A model generated the notes under the pieces. The model worked only from the letters and a program-made list of their open reading frames with translations. It did not search any database and had not been told where the DNA came from. From Candidatus Eiseniibacteriota bacterium (GTDB taxonomy: Bacteria > Eisenbacteria > RBG-16-71-46 > CAZAMP01): a DNA stretch of 64,000 nt. Below are positions 1 through 9,907 of this stretch, piece after piece; within the stretch, counting starts at the first letter, position 1; each line of letters starts with the position of its first letter. The position numbers and the translations under genes were made by a program. The stretch covers positions 5,408,001 to 5,472,000 of the forward strand of contig OZ245046.1 of assembly GCA_965224245.1 (NCBI GenBank), in the 5' to 3' direction.

Positions 1-212
1 ACGGGCGAGCCGAGCGCCGCCGCCGCCGAACGGACCTGCGCGATCATGGCGGCGTGAGACTCGTGATCGCCGTGGGACATGTTGAATCGAAAGAGGTCCA
101 CCCCGGCCTGGATCATCTGCCGGACGATGCGCTCGCGTGCCGAGGCCGGTCCGAGCGTGGCCACGATCCGGGTGGCCGACCGGAGCGGTGAGACGTCGGG
201 GCGTGTCGTCAT
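1..212 (-). CDS. pyk: Pyruvate kinase, N-terminal part (runs off the window start)
   Basis: Not in the ORF track; translated by hand from ATG at 212: MTTRPDVSPLRSATRIVATLGPASARERIVRQMIQAGVDLFRFNMSHGDHESH. This carries the PK signatures IVATLGPAS and FRFNMSHG; GGAGA lies just upstream. Confidence 0.9.
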   Translation of the reverse strand, partial: MTTRPDVSPLRSATRIVATLGPASARERIVRQMIQAGVDLFRFNMSHGDHESHAAMIAQVRSAAAALGSP

Positions 213-312
213 GGGTCTCCATCGAGGTGCGCGGTGTCGGCGACCGATCGGCATACTATCCCCCGGGTCCGGGCTGGCCAAAGCGTGGCACGGGAGATTT
301 CATGGAACCCGG

Positions 313-359
313 TTGACGATCCGGCGTATTAAACGTATGTTTTAAACGGTCGTATGAAC
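313..359 (+). promoter_or_regulatory. Sigma70-type promoter overlapped by a PsrA-like TetR operator
   Basis: TTGACG (313-318), 17 bp, TATGTT (336-341). The palindrome AAAC-GTAT-GTTT (331-342) overlaps the -10, and a second degenerate copy AAAC-GGTC-GTAT follows at 344-355. It is an AT-rich island directly upstream of the TetR gene. Confidence 0.7.
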
Positions 360-376
360 AAGACCCGGAGGCGGCC

Positions 377-1006
377 ATCAGGGAACCAGATACGAGAACT
401 CGAGTCCTGGACGCCTCGGAGCGCCTCTTCGCGGATCGTGGGTTCGACGCCACGTCGCTTCGGAGGATCACCCACGAGGCGGGCGTGAATCTGGCGGCCG
501 TGCACTACCACTTCGGCTCCAAGGAGGCGCTGATCCACGCCGTCGTGGGGCGGCGCGTCACGCCGCTCAACGCCGAGCGGCTCCGCCGCCTGGATGCGAT
601 CGACCCGTCGGCCCCACGGCGCGAACGCCTGCTCGGAACAGTCGCGGCGTTCATCGTGCCGCCCTGCGAGTTCGCCCGCCAGGCGAGCTGGGGCCCGAGG
701 TTCGTGCGGCTGATGGGGCGAGCCAAGATGGAGTCCGGCGAGCTCTTCGCGAGCGTCCGGCGTGAGTTCTTCGACACCGTGTCCGAGCGGTTCCTCGCCG
801 CGCTGACCGCGGTATTGCCCCAGCTGGATCCGTTGACGGTGCGCTGGCGCTTCACGATGCTCGTCGGTCTGATGATCAACGCGCTCCTGGAGGACCCGCG
901 CGGGGAGACGGATTCGCACGATCTCTGTGATCGGGTCATCGCGTTCGCGATGGCCGGTCTCGAGGCGCCGGTGCGCGTGCATGCCGAGAAGGGACCGAGC
1001 TCATGA
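377..1006 (+). CDS. TetR/AcrR family transcriptional regulator (PsrA-like)
   Basis: The HTH sequence TRTRVLDASERLFADRGFDATSLRRITHEAGVNLAAVHYHFGSKE continues in frame upstream of the ORF-track GTG at 485. The start is uncertain; ATC at 377 after GGAGG is proposed. Confidence 0.85.
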   Translation: MREPDTRTRVLDASERLFADRGFDATSLRRITHEAGVNLAAVHYHFGSKEALIHAVVGRRVTPLNAERLRRLDAIDPSAPRRERLLGTVAAFIVPPCEFARQASWGPRFVRLMGRAKMESGELFASVRREFFDTVSERFLAALTAVLPQLDPLTVRWRFTMLVGLMINALLEDPRGETDSHDLCDRVIAFAMAGLEAPVRVHAEKGPSS

Positions 1007-2502
1007 GGACCCGCGTGTCGTCCCGAGTCGCGACCGCGCCCGCGACCGTGCTGGGGCTGGGGCTGGGGCTGGGGCTAGTGCTGGGGTGCGCCGGTGCGCC
1101 CCGGGAGGTCACGCTTCCGATCGACGTGGCCGGCGTACCGGACGCGTGGACGGCTGCCGCCGACACGAGCACCGCGGGCGGTGACGGCATCACCGCGCCC
1201 TCGACCGCGGTGAGCTGGTGGAGCACGTTCGGCGACGACACGCTCGATGCGCTGGTCGCCGAGGCCGTCGCGCACAACCACGACCTGGCGCGGGCCGCCG
1301 CGGCGGTGGACGGTGCGCTCGCTCGCGCGCGCATCGCCGGCGCCGATCTCTGGCCCCAGCTGAGCGGCTCGGCACGCGCGTCGCGAGACAAGCAGATCTT
1401 CACCGGGCTGCCGATCGGCGCGACCGGCGGGGAGCTGCCGAGCTCGGAGAGCACGTCCTACCGGGTGTCGATCGACGCGAGCTGGGAGGTCGACCTGTGG
1501 GGTCGGCTGCGCCGATCCACATCGGCGGCCGCGGCCGACGTGGAGGGTGCGCTGGCCGGCTACGCGCGGTCGCGGGATGTTCTGGCGTCGCGCGTCGCGA
1601 AGGCGTGGTTTGCGCTGATCGAGGCCGAACAGCAGGTCACGCTCGCCGCCGAGAATGCCGAGAGCCACCGGAGATCGCTCGACTACGTGGACCGCCAGTA
1701 CACCGCGGGCGTCACCACGGCGCTCGACGTTCGCCTGAGCCGCTCCGATCTGGCGGTCGCCGAATCGCAGCTCGACGCCCGGCGCGAGGCGCGCGACCGG
1801 GCGGCACGGCAGCTCGAGGTGCTCCTCGGTCGCTACCCGGGAAACGACCTGCAACCGATTGCCACGCTCCCCACGATCTCGGCTCCGGCGCCGGCCGGGC
1901 TCCCGGCCACGCTCCTTTCGCGCCGGCCGGATCTGGTCCAGGCCGAGCGTCTCTGCGCCGCGGCGGGCGCCCGCGTCTCGGCGGCACAGCGCGCGCTGCT
2001 GCCCCGCATCACGCTGACCGGATCCGCCGGACGGACCAGCGACGTCCTCGAGGATCTCACCGACGGAAGCTTCTCGATCTGGAGCCTGGTCGCCGGCCTC
2101 ACACAGCCGATCTTCCAGGGCGGTCGACTTCGCGCGCAGGTGGCGGCGTCGAGTGCGGCGGAGCGCGACGCGCTCCATGCCTACGCGAGCGCCGTGCTCG
2201 GCGCGTTCGCGGAGGTCGAGGCGGCGCTCGTGGCCGAGGAGACGCTCACCCGACAGGAGGCCCACCTCGGAGACGCCGTCGAGCACGCGATCGCGGCGAC
2301 CCGGCTGGCCGACGAGCAGTATCGCTCTGGCCTCGTCGACATCGTCACCGTACTCACGTCAAAACGCCGCGCGCTGGGTGCCGAGAGCGAGCTGCTCGCG
2401 GTCCGGCGCCGCCGACTCGACACGCGCATCGACTTACACCTGGCGCTCGGCGGCGGCTTCGACCGAGACCGGGTCCTCGACAAGGAGTCAGACCCCTCAT
2501 GA
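1003..2502 (+). CDS. Efflux outer-membrane lipoprotein, TolC/OprM (NodT) family
   Basis: Lipobox VLGC; motifs SWEVDLWGRLR, GLPATLLSRRPDL and C-terminal LHLALGGG; ATGA overlap with TetR. Confidence 0.92.
   Translation: MRTRVSSRVATAPATVLGLGLGLGLVLGCAGAPREVTLPIDVAGVPDAWTAAADTSTAGGDGITAPSTAVSWWSTFGDDTLDALVAEAVAHNHDLARAAAAVDGALARARIAGADLWPQLSGSARASRDKQIFTGLPIGATGGELPSSESTSYRVSIDASWEVDLWGRLRRSTSAAAADVEGALAGYARSRDVLASRVAKAWFALIEAEQQVTLAAENAESHRRSLDYVDRQYTAGVTTALDVRLSRSDLAVAESQLDARREARDRAARQLEVLLGRYPGNDLQPIATLPTISAPAPAGLPATLLSRRPDLVQAERLCAAAGARVSAAQRALLPRITLTGSAGRTSDVLEDLTDGSFSIWSLVAGLTQPIFQGGRLRAQVAASSAAERDALHAYASAVLGAFAEVEAALVAEETLTRQEAHLGDAVEHAIAATRLADEQYRSGLVDIVTVLTSKRRALGAESELLAVRRRRLDTRIDLHLALGGGFDRDRVLDKESDPS
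1051..1086 (+). repeat. (CTGGGG)n hexamer tandem repeat in the TolC signal peptide
   Basis: Four tandem CTGGGG copies (1051-1074) plus one at 1081, encoding LGLGLGLGL. Confidence 0.75.
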
Positions 2503-3788
2503 GCGATCCCTCGTCACCCGGGCCTCACGGTCGCGTCGATCGGCCACGCCGCTCCTGGCTTGCATACGTGTTGCCACCGCTCATCCTGATCGTGGCGGTG
2601 CTCGGTGCGCTCGGCATCTACCGGGCCAGGCCGAAGCCCACGCCGACGCCCATCCCCCAGGTCGCGCCGCTCGTGCGCGTGATCGACGTCGTGCCGGGAC
2701 CGCACACGTTCGTCGTGGAGTCGGAAGGCACGGTGACCCCGCGAACCGAGATCACGCTCATCCCCGAGGTCGGGGGACGAGTGGTGGAGGTCTCCCCGGA
2801 CTTCGTGGCCGGAGGCTTCTTCGCCGAGGGCGACGTGCTGCTCCGGATCGAGTCGTCCGACTACCGGGCGGCGGTCGCACAGGCCGAGGCCGCGGTGCAG
2901 GCGGCGGAGCTTCGCGCGGCGGTCGAGGAGGCGAACGCGAAGGTCGCGGTCGAGGAGTGGGAGCGGCTCGGCGGCGGCGAGGCATCACCGCTGACCACGC
3001 GGCAGCTCCAGGTGGCGGGCGCCCGGGCCGACCTCGAGGCGGCCCGGGCCGCGCTCGAGATGGCGCGCCGCAACCTGGATCGCTGCACGATCCGGGCGCC
3101 GTTCGAGGGTCGCATCCGCACGCGCTCGGTGGACGTGGGGCAGGTCGTTTCGCCGCCGGCACCCATCGCGACGATCTACGCGACCGACTACGCCGAGGTT
3201 CGGCTGCCGCTGAAGCCGTCGGATCTGGCGTTCCTGGACGTTCCCCTGCACGAGCCCGACGGCGAGTCGGTCGACGCGCCACGCGTGATCCTGCGCGGGG
3301 AGATCGCCGGGCGCGAGCACGAGTGGGAGGGTCGACTCGTCCGCACCGAGGGCATCGTGGACCCCGCGACCCGTCTCCTGAACGCGGTCGTCCGGGTCGA
3401 TCACCCGTACCGGGAGGACGTCGCCCGTCCCGGTCGACCGCCGCTGGCGATCGGTCTCTTCGTGCGGGCCGAGCTGACGGGCCGGAGCGTCGACGGAGTC
3501 GTGACCCTGCCGCGGGCGGCGCTCGTCGGTCGCGACCGCGTGTTCGTCGTCGACGACGCGGATCGGCTCGACATCCGCCGCGTGCACGTGCTCCGGGCGG
3601 GCGACGAGGCCGTGATCGACGAGGGGCTCTCGGCCGGCGATCGCGTGTGCCTGACGTCCCTCGACACGCCGGTGCCCGGGATGTCGGTGCGGGTGGTGCC
3701 CGAGCCGGCGCTCGACGAGGGCGGTGCCGACGACGGTGCCGCACGGGACGACACGGCATCCGGGCGAGCGGAAGGAGTCCGCTCGTGA
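2499..3788 (+). CDS. RND efflux periplasmic adaptor (MFP)
   Basis: ATG at 2499 overlaps the TolC stop; N-terminal TM helix; PEVGGRV...GDVLLRI and TIRAPFEGRI lipoyl motifs. Confidence 0.9.
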   Translation: MSDPSSPGPHGRVDRPRRSWLAYVLPPLILIVAVLGALGIYRARPKPTPTPIPQVAPLVRVIDVVPGPHTFVVESEGTVTPRTEITLIPEVGGRVVEVSPDFVAGGFFAEGDVLLRIESSDYRAAVAQAEAAVQAAELRAAVEEANAKVAVEEWERLGGGEASPLTTRQLQVAGARADLEAARAALEMARRNLDRCTIRAPFEGRIRTRSVDVGQVVSPPAPIATIYATDYAEVRLPLKPSDLAFLDVPLHEPDGESVDAPRVILRGEIAGREHEWEGRLVRTEGIVDPATRLLNAVVRVDHPYREDVARPGRPPLAIGLFVRAELTGRSVDGVVTLPRAALVGRDRVFVVDDADRLDIRRVHVLRAGDEAVIDEGLSAGDRVCLTSLDTPVPGMSVRVVPEPALDEGGADDGAARDDTASGRAEGVRS

Positions 3789-6700
3789 AGTCGATCATCC
3801 GCTGGTTCGCCGGGAACGGGGTGGCCGCCAACCTCCTGATGGTGTTTCTGCTGATCTCGGGCGCGATCACCGTCGCGTCGCGCGTACGGCTCGAGGTGTT
3901 CCCCGAGCTGAGCGTGGACGTGGTCACGGTCGCGGTCCCGTATCCGGGCGCGGCGCCCGAGGAGGTCGAGGAGGGCATCTCGATCCGGATCGAGGAGGCC
4001 GTCCAGGGGATCGAAGGCGTCAGGAAGGTGTCCTCCAACTCGAGCGAGGGTGTGGGCGCCGTCAGCATCGAGGCGCTGACCGGCACCGACATGGATCGCT
4101 TCGAGCGCGACATCGAGGCCGCGGTGGATGCGATCACGACGTTTCCGCTGGAGGCCGAGGAGCCGCAGATCCAGCGCGTCACGATCAAGAGCCAGGTGAT
4201 CAACGTCGCCATCTCCGGCGACGCCGACGAGACGACGTTGAAGCGACTCGGCGAGCGCGTGCGTGACGAGATCGCCGCACTGCCCGAGATCACCCAGGTG
4301 GAGCTCGTGAACGTGCGGCCGTACGAGATCGCGATCGAGGTCTCCGAGTCCGCGCTTCGCCAGTACGGTCTGACGCTCGGCGAGGTCGCCGACGCCGTCC
4401 GGCGGTCGTCGCTGGACCTGCCCGGCGGCAGCGTCCGCACCGAGGGCGGGGAGATCCTGCTCCGGGCGAAGGGGCAGGCATACGCGGGCCCGGACTTCGC
4501 CGCGCTCCCGGTTCTGACCCGACCCGACGGCAGCCGCGTCCGGGTGGGTGACGTGGCCACCGTCGTGGACGGCTTCGAGGAGACCGACCAGTTCGCGGCC
4601 TTCGACGGCGCGCCGTCGGTGATGGTTCAGGTGTTTCGCGTGGGCGACCAGAGCGCGATCGAGGTCGCGGACGCGGTCAAGCGCTACGTGGCCGACGCTC
4701 GGCCGCGCATGCCCGACGGCATCTCACTGACGACGTGGCGCGACGACACGGTCATTCTGAAGAGCCGCATGAGCCTCCTTCTCCGGAACGGCGGCGCAGG
4801 GCTCGTGCTGGTGTTCCTGGTGTTGACGCTCTTCCTCCGGTTCGGACTCGCGTTCTGGGTGACGCTGGGGATTCCCATCTCGTTCATGGGCGCGATCCTC
4901 TTGATGCCGACGCTCGATGTCTCGATCAACCTGATCTCGCTCTTCGCGTTCATCGTCGTGCTCGGCATCGTCGTGGACGATGCGATCGTGGTCGGGGAGT
5001 CGATCTACCGGACCCAGCGCGAGGGCAGGGCGGGCCTCGCGGGATCCATCGCGGGTGCGCTCGGCGTCTCCACCCCGGTGGTCTTCGCGGTGATGACGAC
5101 GATCGCCGCGTTCACGCCCCTGATGCTCGTGCCCGGCCCCACCGGCAAGATCTTCCGCGTGATCCCACTGATCGTGATCCCGACGCTCGTGTTCTCGTTG
5201 ATCGAATCGCTGTTCATCCTCCCCAATCACCTGTCGCACTCGACGAAGGAGACACACACGAGCGCGATCGCCGGAGGCTGGGCCCGGTTTCAGGATCGCT
5301 TCGCGTCCGGGCTGGAGCGGTTCATCAGCAGCCGCTACGCGCCGTTTCTCCAGCGCGTGATCCGCATGCGGTACACGACCGTGAGCGTGTTCATCGGCGT
5401 CCTGATCCTGACCATGGGAGCGGTGGCCGGTGGGCTCCTGCGCTTCACGTTCTTTCCGCCGGTGGAAGCGGACTACGTCATCGCCATGCTGACGATGCCC
5501 CAGGGCACGCCCGCCCCACGCACCGCCGCTGCGGTGGCGCGGCTGGAGGAGGCGGCCCGTGAGCTCGAACGGGAGATCGACGGCGACGTCGCGCCGGACG
5601 TTGGAACGTTCCGTCACGTGCTCGCGTCCGTCGGCGAGCAACCGTATCGCGCCGAGCAGGAGCGGAACGGACCGGGTGGTCGCTCCACGAGCTACGTCGG
5701 CAGTCAGTACGGTGAGGTCATGCTGGAGCTGTCGCGAGCCGAGGATCGCGAGCTGTCCAGCGGGGAGATCGCACAGCTCTGGCGTGAGCGGGTCGGGCTC
5801 ATTCCCGACGCCGTCGAGCTGAAGCTGACGGCCTCGCTCTTCTCACCGGGTGCGCCGATCGACATCCAACTGACCGACCCCGACGTGCACCGGCTTCGCG
5901 AGGCCGCCGACGCGCTCAAGGAGAAGCTCGGTACCTACGCGGGGGTCTTCGACATCGCCGACTCCTATCGCGCGGGCAAGGAGGAGATCGTCCTGCGTCT
6001 GACCCCCGAGGGGGAGATCCTCGGGGTGGGCGTGGCCGATCTGGCCCGTCAGGTCCGCCAGGCCTTCTACGGCGAAGAGGTGCAGCGGGTCCAGCGCGGC
6101 CGCGACGAGGTGAAGGTGATGGTGCGCTTTCCGGCCGACGCGCGCCGCTCCCTGGCCGAGCTCGAGGACATGCGTGTGCGCACGCCCGACGGCCGGGCCG
6201 TCCCGTTCTCGGTGGTCGCGCACGCCGAGTTCGGACGCGGATACTCCACGATCACCCGTGCCGATCGGCAGCGCACGCTGAACGTCACCGCGGACGTCGA
6301 TCTCTCCCAGGCCAACGCGAACGAGATCATCACCGACCTGCAGTCCGACTTCCTGCCGGCGCTGGTCCGGGGCGAGCCCGGGCTCCAATACTCCCTCGAG
6401 GGCGAGCAGCGTGAGCAGCGCGAGACGATGGGGGGGTTGCTTCAAGGGTTCCTGATCGCACAGATCATCATCTTCACGCTGATGGCCGTCCCGTTCCGGT
6501 CGTACCTGCAGCCGCTGATCATCATGTCCGCGGTGCCCTTCGGGCTGGTGGGGGCGATCTGGGGCCACGTGCTGATGGGCATGAACCTGAGCATGCTCTC
6601 GGGCTTCGGGATCGTGGCCCTCTCGGGAATCGTCGTGAACGACAACCTCGTGCTGGTGGACTTCATCAACCGAGAGCGGCGCGCGGGCCGCTCGCTCCAC

Positions 6701-7018
6701 GACGCGGTGGCCGAGGCCGGCGTCGCGCGCTTCCGCCCCATCATGCTGACGTCTCTGACCACGTTCGCCGGGCTGTTGCCGATGCTCCTCGAGAAGAGCG
6801 TGCAGGCGCAGTTCCTGATCCCGATGGCGATCTCGCTCGCGTTCGGGGTGATGTTCGCGACGTGCATCTCGCTTCTGCTCGTGCCCGCCTCGTACGTGAT
6901 CCTCGAGGACGTGGCTCGCCTGCTGAGGATCCCGGCCGGCGAGTTCGGGCGAGCTCACGGGGCCGGGTCCGACACGGCGCCGGCCTCCGCGCTGGGATCG
7001 GGGGTCGGCTCTCCCTGA
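3785..7018 (+). CDS. RND efflux permease (AcrB/AcrD/AcrF family)
   Basis: GTG at 3785 (GTGA overlap, GGAG SD); motifs YPGAAPEEVEE, GIVVDDAIVVGE and RFRPIMLTSLTT; about 1077 aa. Confidence 0.93.
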   Translation: MKSIIRWFAGNGVAANLLMVFLLISGAITVASRVRLEVFPELSVDVVTVAVPYPGAAPEEVEEGISIRIEEAVQGIEGVRKVSSNSSEGVGAVSIEALTGTDMDRFERDIEAAVDAITTFPLEAEEPQIQRVTIKSQVINVAISGDADETTLKRLGERVRDEIAALPEITQVELVNVRPYEIAIEVSESALRQYGLTLGEVADAVRRSSLDLPGGSVRTEGGEILLRAKGQAYAGPDFAALPVLTRPDGSRVRVGDVATVVDGFEETDQFAAFDGAPSVMVQVFRVGDQSAIEVADAVKRYVADARPRMPDGISLTTWRDDTVILKSRMSLLLRNGGAGLVLVFLVLTLFLRFGLAFWVTLGIPISFMGAILLMPTLDVSINLISLFAFIVVLGIVVDDAIVVGESIYRTQREGRAGLAGSIAGALGVSTPVVFAVMTTIAAFTPLMLVPGPTGKIFRVIPLIVIPTLVFSLIESLFILPNHLSHSTKETHTSAIAGGWARFQDRFASGLERFISSRYAPFLQRVIRMRYTTVSVFIGVLILTMGAVAGGLLRFTFFPPVEADYVIAMLTMPQGTPAPRTAAAVARLEEAARELEREIDGDVAPDVGTFRHVLASVGEQPYRAEQERNGPGGRSTSYVGSQYGEVMLELSRAEDRELSSGEIAQLWRERVGLIPDAVELKLTASLFSPGAPIDIQLTDPDVHRLREAADALKEKLGTYAGVFDIADSYRAGKEEIVLRLTPEGEILGVGVADLARQVRQAFYGEEVQRVQRGRDEVKVMVRFPADARRSLAELEDMRVRTPDGRAVPFSVVAHAEFGRGYSTITRADRQRTLNVTADVDLSQANANEIITDLQSDFLPALVRGEPGLQYSLEGEQREQRETMGGLLQGFLIAQIIIFTLMAVPFRSYLQPLIIMSAVPFGLVGAIWGHVLMGMNLSMLSGFGIVALSGIVVNDNLVLVDFINRERRAGRSLHDAVAEAGVARFRPIMLTSLTTFAGLLPMLLEKSVQAQFLIPMAISLAFGVMFATCISLLLVPASYVILEDVARLLRIPAGEFGRAHGAGSDTAPASALGSGVGSP

Positions 7019-7147
7019 GGCCGAGCCGCCACCCGGCCCGCACGCGGACCCGATTCCGACGCGGTCTCGGTGCAGAAGACCTTGAAGGGCATACCGGATT
7101 CACCGTACAGTATTCGAACATCGCTGGGGGGAAGTCAGGAGGGCGTC

Positions 7148-9907
7148 ATGTCCTGCGTTCGACGGCCCCGCGGTGTCGAATCCCCTGTCCGCTCCGCGGT
7201 CGATCCCCTCACCCCTCGCTCGCCGGTGCGTTCGCACCCGTCATGGCCCGTCGGCCTCATACGGACGGTCGTTCGTATGCTCACCGCGGTCTGTCTGGTG
7301 GCCACGTCGGCGGTCTCGCTCACGATCACGGGCACGATCACCGATGCGGGCAACCGCGAGCCGCTGCCGTGGGCCAACGTCGTCCTCACCGGCACCGGTC
7401 TCGGCGCCAGCTCGAACGACGACGGCGTGTTCACGATCCGGGACGTCCCCCCTGGCGAGTACGTGCTGCGGGTGAGCTACATGGGATACGCCACCCACAC
7501 CCGCGCCGTCGTCGTCTCGATCGACTCCGAGCCGCTGGCGGTGACCCTGATACCGACCGTCATCACGCTCCCCCCGGTCGACGTGCACGACACGCGGGAG
7601 CTCCGGAACGAGGCGACGCCCGAAAGCAAGTTCCAGGTCACGAGCGAGGAGATCGATCGGTCTCTGGCGGACGACGTCGAGCAGGTGATCGAGCTCAAGC
7701 CGGGGCTCATCGGCAAGGGTGACAAGCTCTACGTGCGTGGCGGTCGCGAGGACGAGCTCGACCTGAAGGTCAACGACGTGTCGGTGGTGGATCCGCTCAC
7801 CGGCGCTCGTCCAAAGCTCAGCATCCTCTCGGTCGCCCGGACCGAGCTGGTCACCGGAGGGCAGAACGCCCGGGATGGTCAGACCATCGGGGGCTCGCTG
7901 AACGTGCGCACGCGCGAAGGATCGGACCGCATCCAGGGTCGGATCCAGTACGAGACCGACGACTTCGGCGCGCCGGACAAGACGTACGACAACCTGGACC
8001 GTGTGCTGGTCGGCATCGGAGGACCGACCTGGATTCCCGAGATGACGTACTACGCGTCGCTCCAGGGTACGTGGCAGGACTCGTACCCCGCGACGCGCGA
8101 GCGACGCTCGCATCGCCGGGTCCTCGACTTCATCTCCATCGGGGATCGCATGGTCAACGATGTCCGGCTGCAGGGGAAGCTCGCCTGGCGGCCGTCCGCT
8201 CCGGTCAAGCTGTCGATGGAGTCGATGATCAGCCGGACGCGTTCGGACGAGTACCACCACAACTGGACGTGGGAGGGCTACGTTCAGACCATCGTCGACA
8301 CGCTCGACGACGGGAGCACGGTCACACGCCGCGGGGCCCGGAGCCCGTTTCCCGTGGACGACACGTACGAGTACTACAACGCGGCCGAGCACACGCCCGA
8401 TCGGGACGAGCGGTTCCAGCTCCACCAGCTCGGGCTGCGTCACGTGCTGTCAGCCGATACGTTCTACACCCTCAGGCTGTCGCACGTCCGGCGCCGCGCC
8501 GAGTCGACGGTGGCGGGGAAGTCGCCGTGGGAGTACGACGGGTCGAGCCGCCAGGACTACTACTACGACTACGCCGCCGACGAGATCTCGCCCTTCTACG
8601 CGACCTACGGCGACCTGCCCCGGTGGAGTCGCAACGTGTCGCGCGTGACCACGATCTCGGCCGACCTCACGAAGAGGGCCGGCAACCACACGCTCGAGGT
8701 GGGCGCCGAAGGCCGGTACAACGATCTCGAGGTGCACGACATCGGCTCGATGTTCCGGGGCGCGAACGACGCGGGCGGCATCGGCATCGAGGATCGGTAT
8801 CACTTCTACCAGCCCGAGGGTGGTGTCTATGCAGCGGACACCTGGGAGTACGAGGGGATGGTGCTGAACCTCGGCATGCGCCTCGACGCGTTCTCGGCCG
8901 GCGAGCAGCTGGACGAGGCCGAGATCGACCGGCGCGTGCGGCTCCAGTGGAGCCCGCGGGTGGGCATCGCCTATCCCGTGACCGAGCGTGACGTGTTCAG
9001 CTTCCACTACGGACACCTGTACCAGAGTCCGAGCCGCCACACGCTCTACACCAATCGCAACACGTTCAACGGGGGCGTGGTCGGCAATCCGAACCTCCGG
9101 AGCAAGCACACGGTGGCCTACCAGGCGACACTCCAGCATCTGTTCAACGAGACCGTTCGGCTGCAGTTCGCCGTGTACTACAAGGACATCTTCGGTCTGT
9201 TGACGATCCGGGAGGAGACCGTTCAGACCTCGGCGGCGCCCGTCGCGCGCTTCGTCAACCGCGACTACGCGTCCGCCCGCGGGATCGAGTTCACACTGAC
9301 CCGGAGCTTCGTGGCCGGCGTGACCGGCGAGGTCAGCTATGCGTACGGGCACGCGACCGGTGTCGCATCGGACGTCACGACGTCTCGGGCGTTCCGCTAC
9401 AACGCCATCTCCGAGCAGCCCCTGGACTGGGACGTGCGACACAGCGTGAGCGCACGCATGTCGCTGGCCGATCCCCGTGGGAGCTGGTTTCTGAACGCGG
9501 TGTACCAGATCAGCTCGGGCAGCCCCTACACGCCCCGCACGCGAGCCGATCGCGACGTCGAGCCCGAGATCGTGAACTCCCGCCGTCTCCCGGCGACGTC
9601 GACGCTCACGGTGCAGGCCGAGCGACGGATCCAGCTCTGGGGTCGGGCGCTGAAGCTTTTCGTGCGCGCGACGAACCTCCTGGACAGCCGCAACCTGATC
9701 GCGCTGGAGTCGGCATTGCCCACGCCGTCGCCCGCGTTCGATCCCACGAGCTACGTGATCTACTACACCGAGACCGGCAACACCGGAGGCGCCTATCTCA
9801 CGACCGACACCGACGGTGACGGGGAGGACGACTGGGTCGCCCTCCACGATCCGAGTGTGTTCGAGGAGGGACGGAGCGTGCGGGTCGGGGTCACGATCGA
9901 CTTCTAG
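7148..9907 (+). CDS. TonB-dependent receptor with N-terminal CarboxypepD_reg-like domain
   Basis: ITGTITDAGNREPLPWANVVL...GEYVLRVSYMGY; plug YVRGGR; SPRVGIAYPV; GNPNL; C-terminal Phe. Start is 7148 (AGGAGG SD) or 7277. Possible promoter TTGAAG-18-TACAGT at 7082-7111. Confidence 0.88.
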   Translation: MSCVRRPRGVESPVRSAVDPLTPRSPVRSHPSWPVGLIRTVVRMLTAVCLVATSAVSLTITGTITDAGNREPLPWANVVLTGTGLGASSNDDGVFTIRDVPPGEYVLRVSYMGYATHTRAVVVSIDSEPLAVTLIPTVITLPPVDVHDTRELRNEATPESKFQVTSEEIDRSLADDVEQVIELKPGLIGKGDKLYVRGGREDELDLKVNDVSVVDPLTGARPKLSILSVARTELVTGGQNARDGQTIGGSLNVRTREGSDRIQGRIQYETDDFGAPDKTYDNLDRVLVGIGGPTWIPEMTYYASLQGTWQDSYPATRERRSHRRVLDFISIGDRMVNDVRLQGKLAWRPSAPVKLSMESMISRTRSDEYHHNWTWEGYVQTIVDTLDDGSTVTRRGARSPFPVDDTYEYYNAAEHTPDRDERFQLHQLGLRHVLSADTFYTLRLSHVRRRAESTVAGKSPWEYDGSSRQDYYYDYAADEISPFYATYGDLPRWSRNVSRVTTISADLTKRAGNHTLEVGAEGRYNDLEVHDIGSMFRGANDAGGIGIEDRYHFYQPEGGVYAADTWEYEGMVLNLGMRLDAFSAGEQLDEAEIDRRVRLQWSPRVGIAYPVTERDVFSFHYGHLYQSPSRHTLYTNRNTFNGGVVGNPNLRSKHTVAYQATLQHLFNETVRLQFAVYYKDIFGLLTIREETVQTSAAPVARFVNRDYASARGIEFTLTRSFVAGVTGEVSYAYGHATGVASDVTTSRAFRYNAISEQPLDWDVRHSVSARMSLADPRGSWFLNAVYQISSGSPYTPRTRADRDVEPEIVNSRRLPATSTLTVQAERRIQLWGRALKLFVRATNLLDSRNLIALESALPTPSPAFDPTSYVIYYTETGNTGGAYLTTDTDGDGEDDWVALHDPSVFEEGRSVRVGVTIDF

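Noticed and set aside
286..301. Sigma54 promoter TGGCACG upstream of TetR
   Set aside because: The -12 GC is missing at the required spacing; a good sigma70 promoter explains the region.
1218..3784. Apparent long N-terminal extensions of MFP, RND, ActB, ActC, ActD, CoxB and GT-C in the ORF track
   Set aside because: The true starts overlap upstream stops (ATGA/GTGA) or have SDs; the extensions are off-frame read-through of neighbouring genes.
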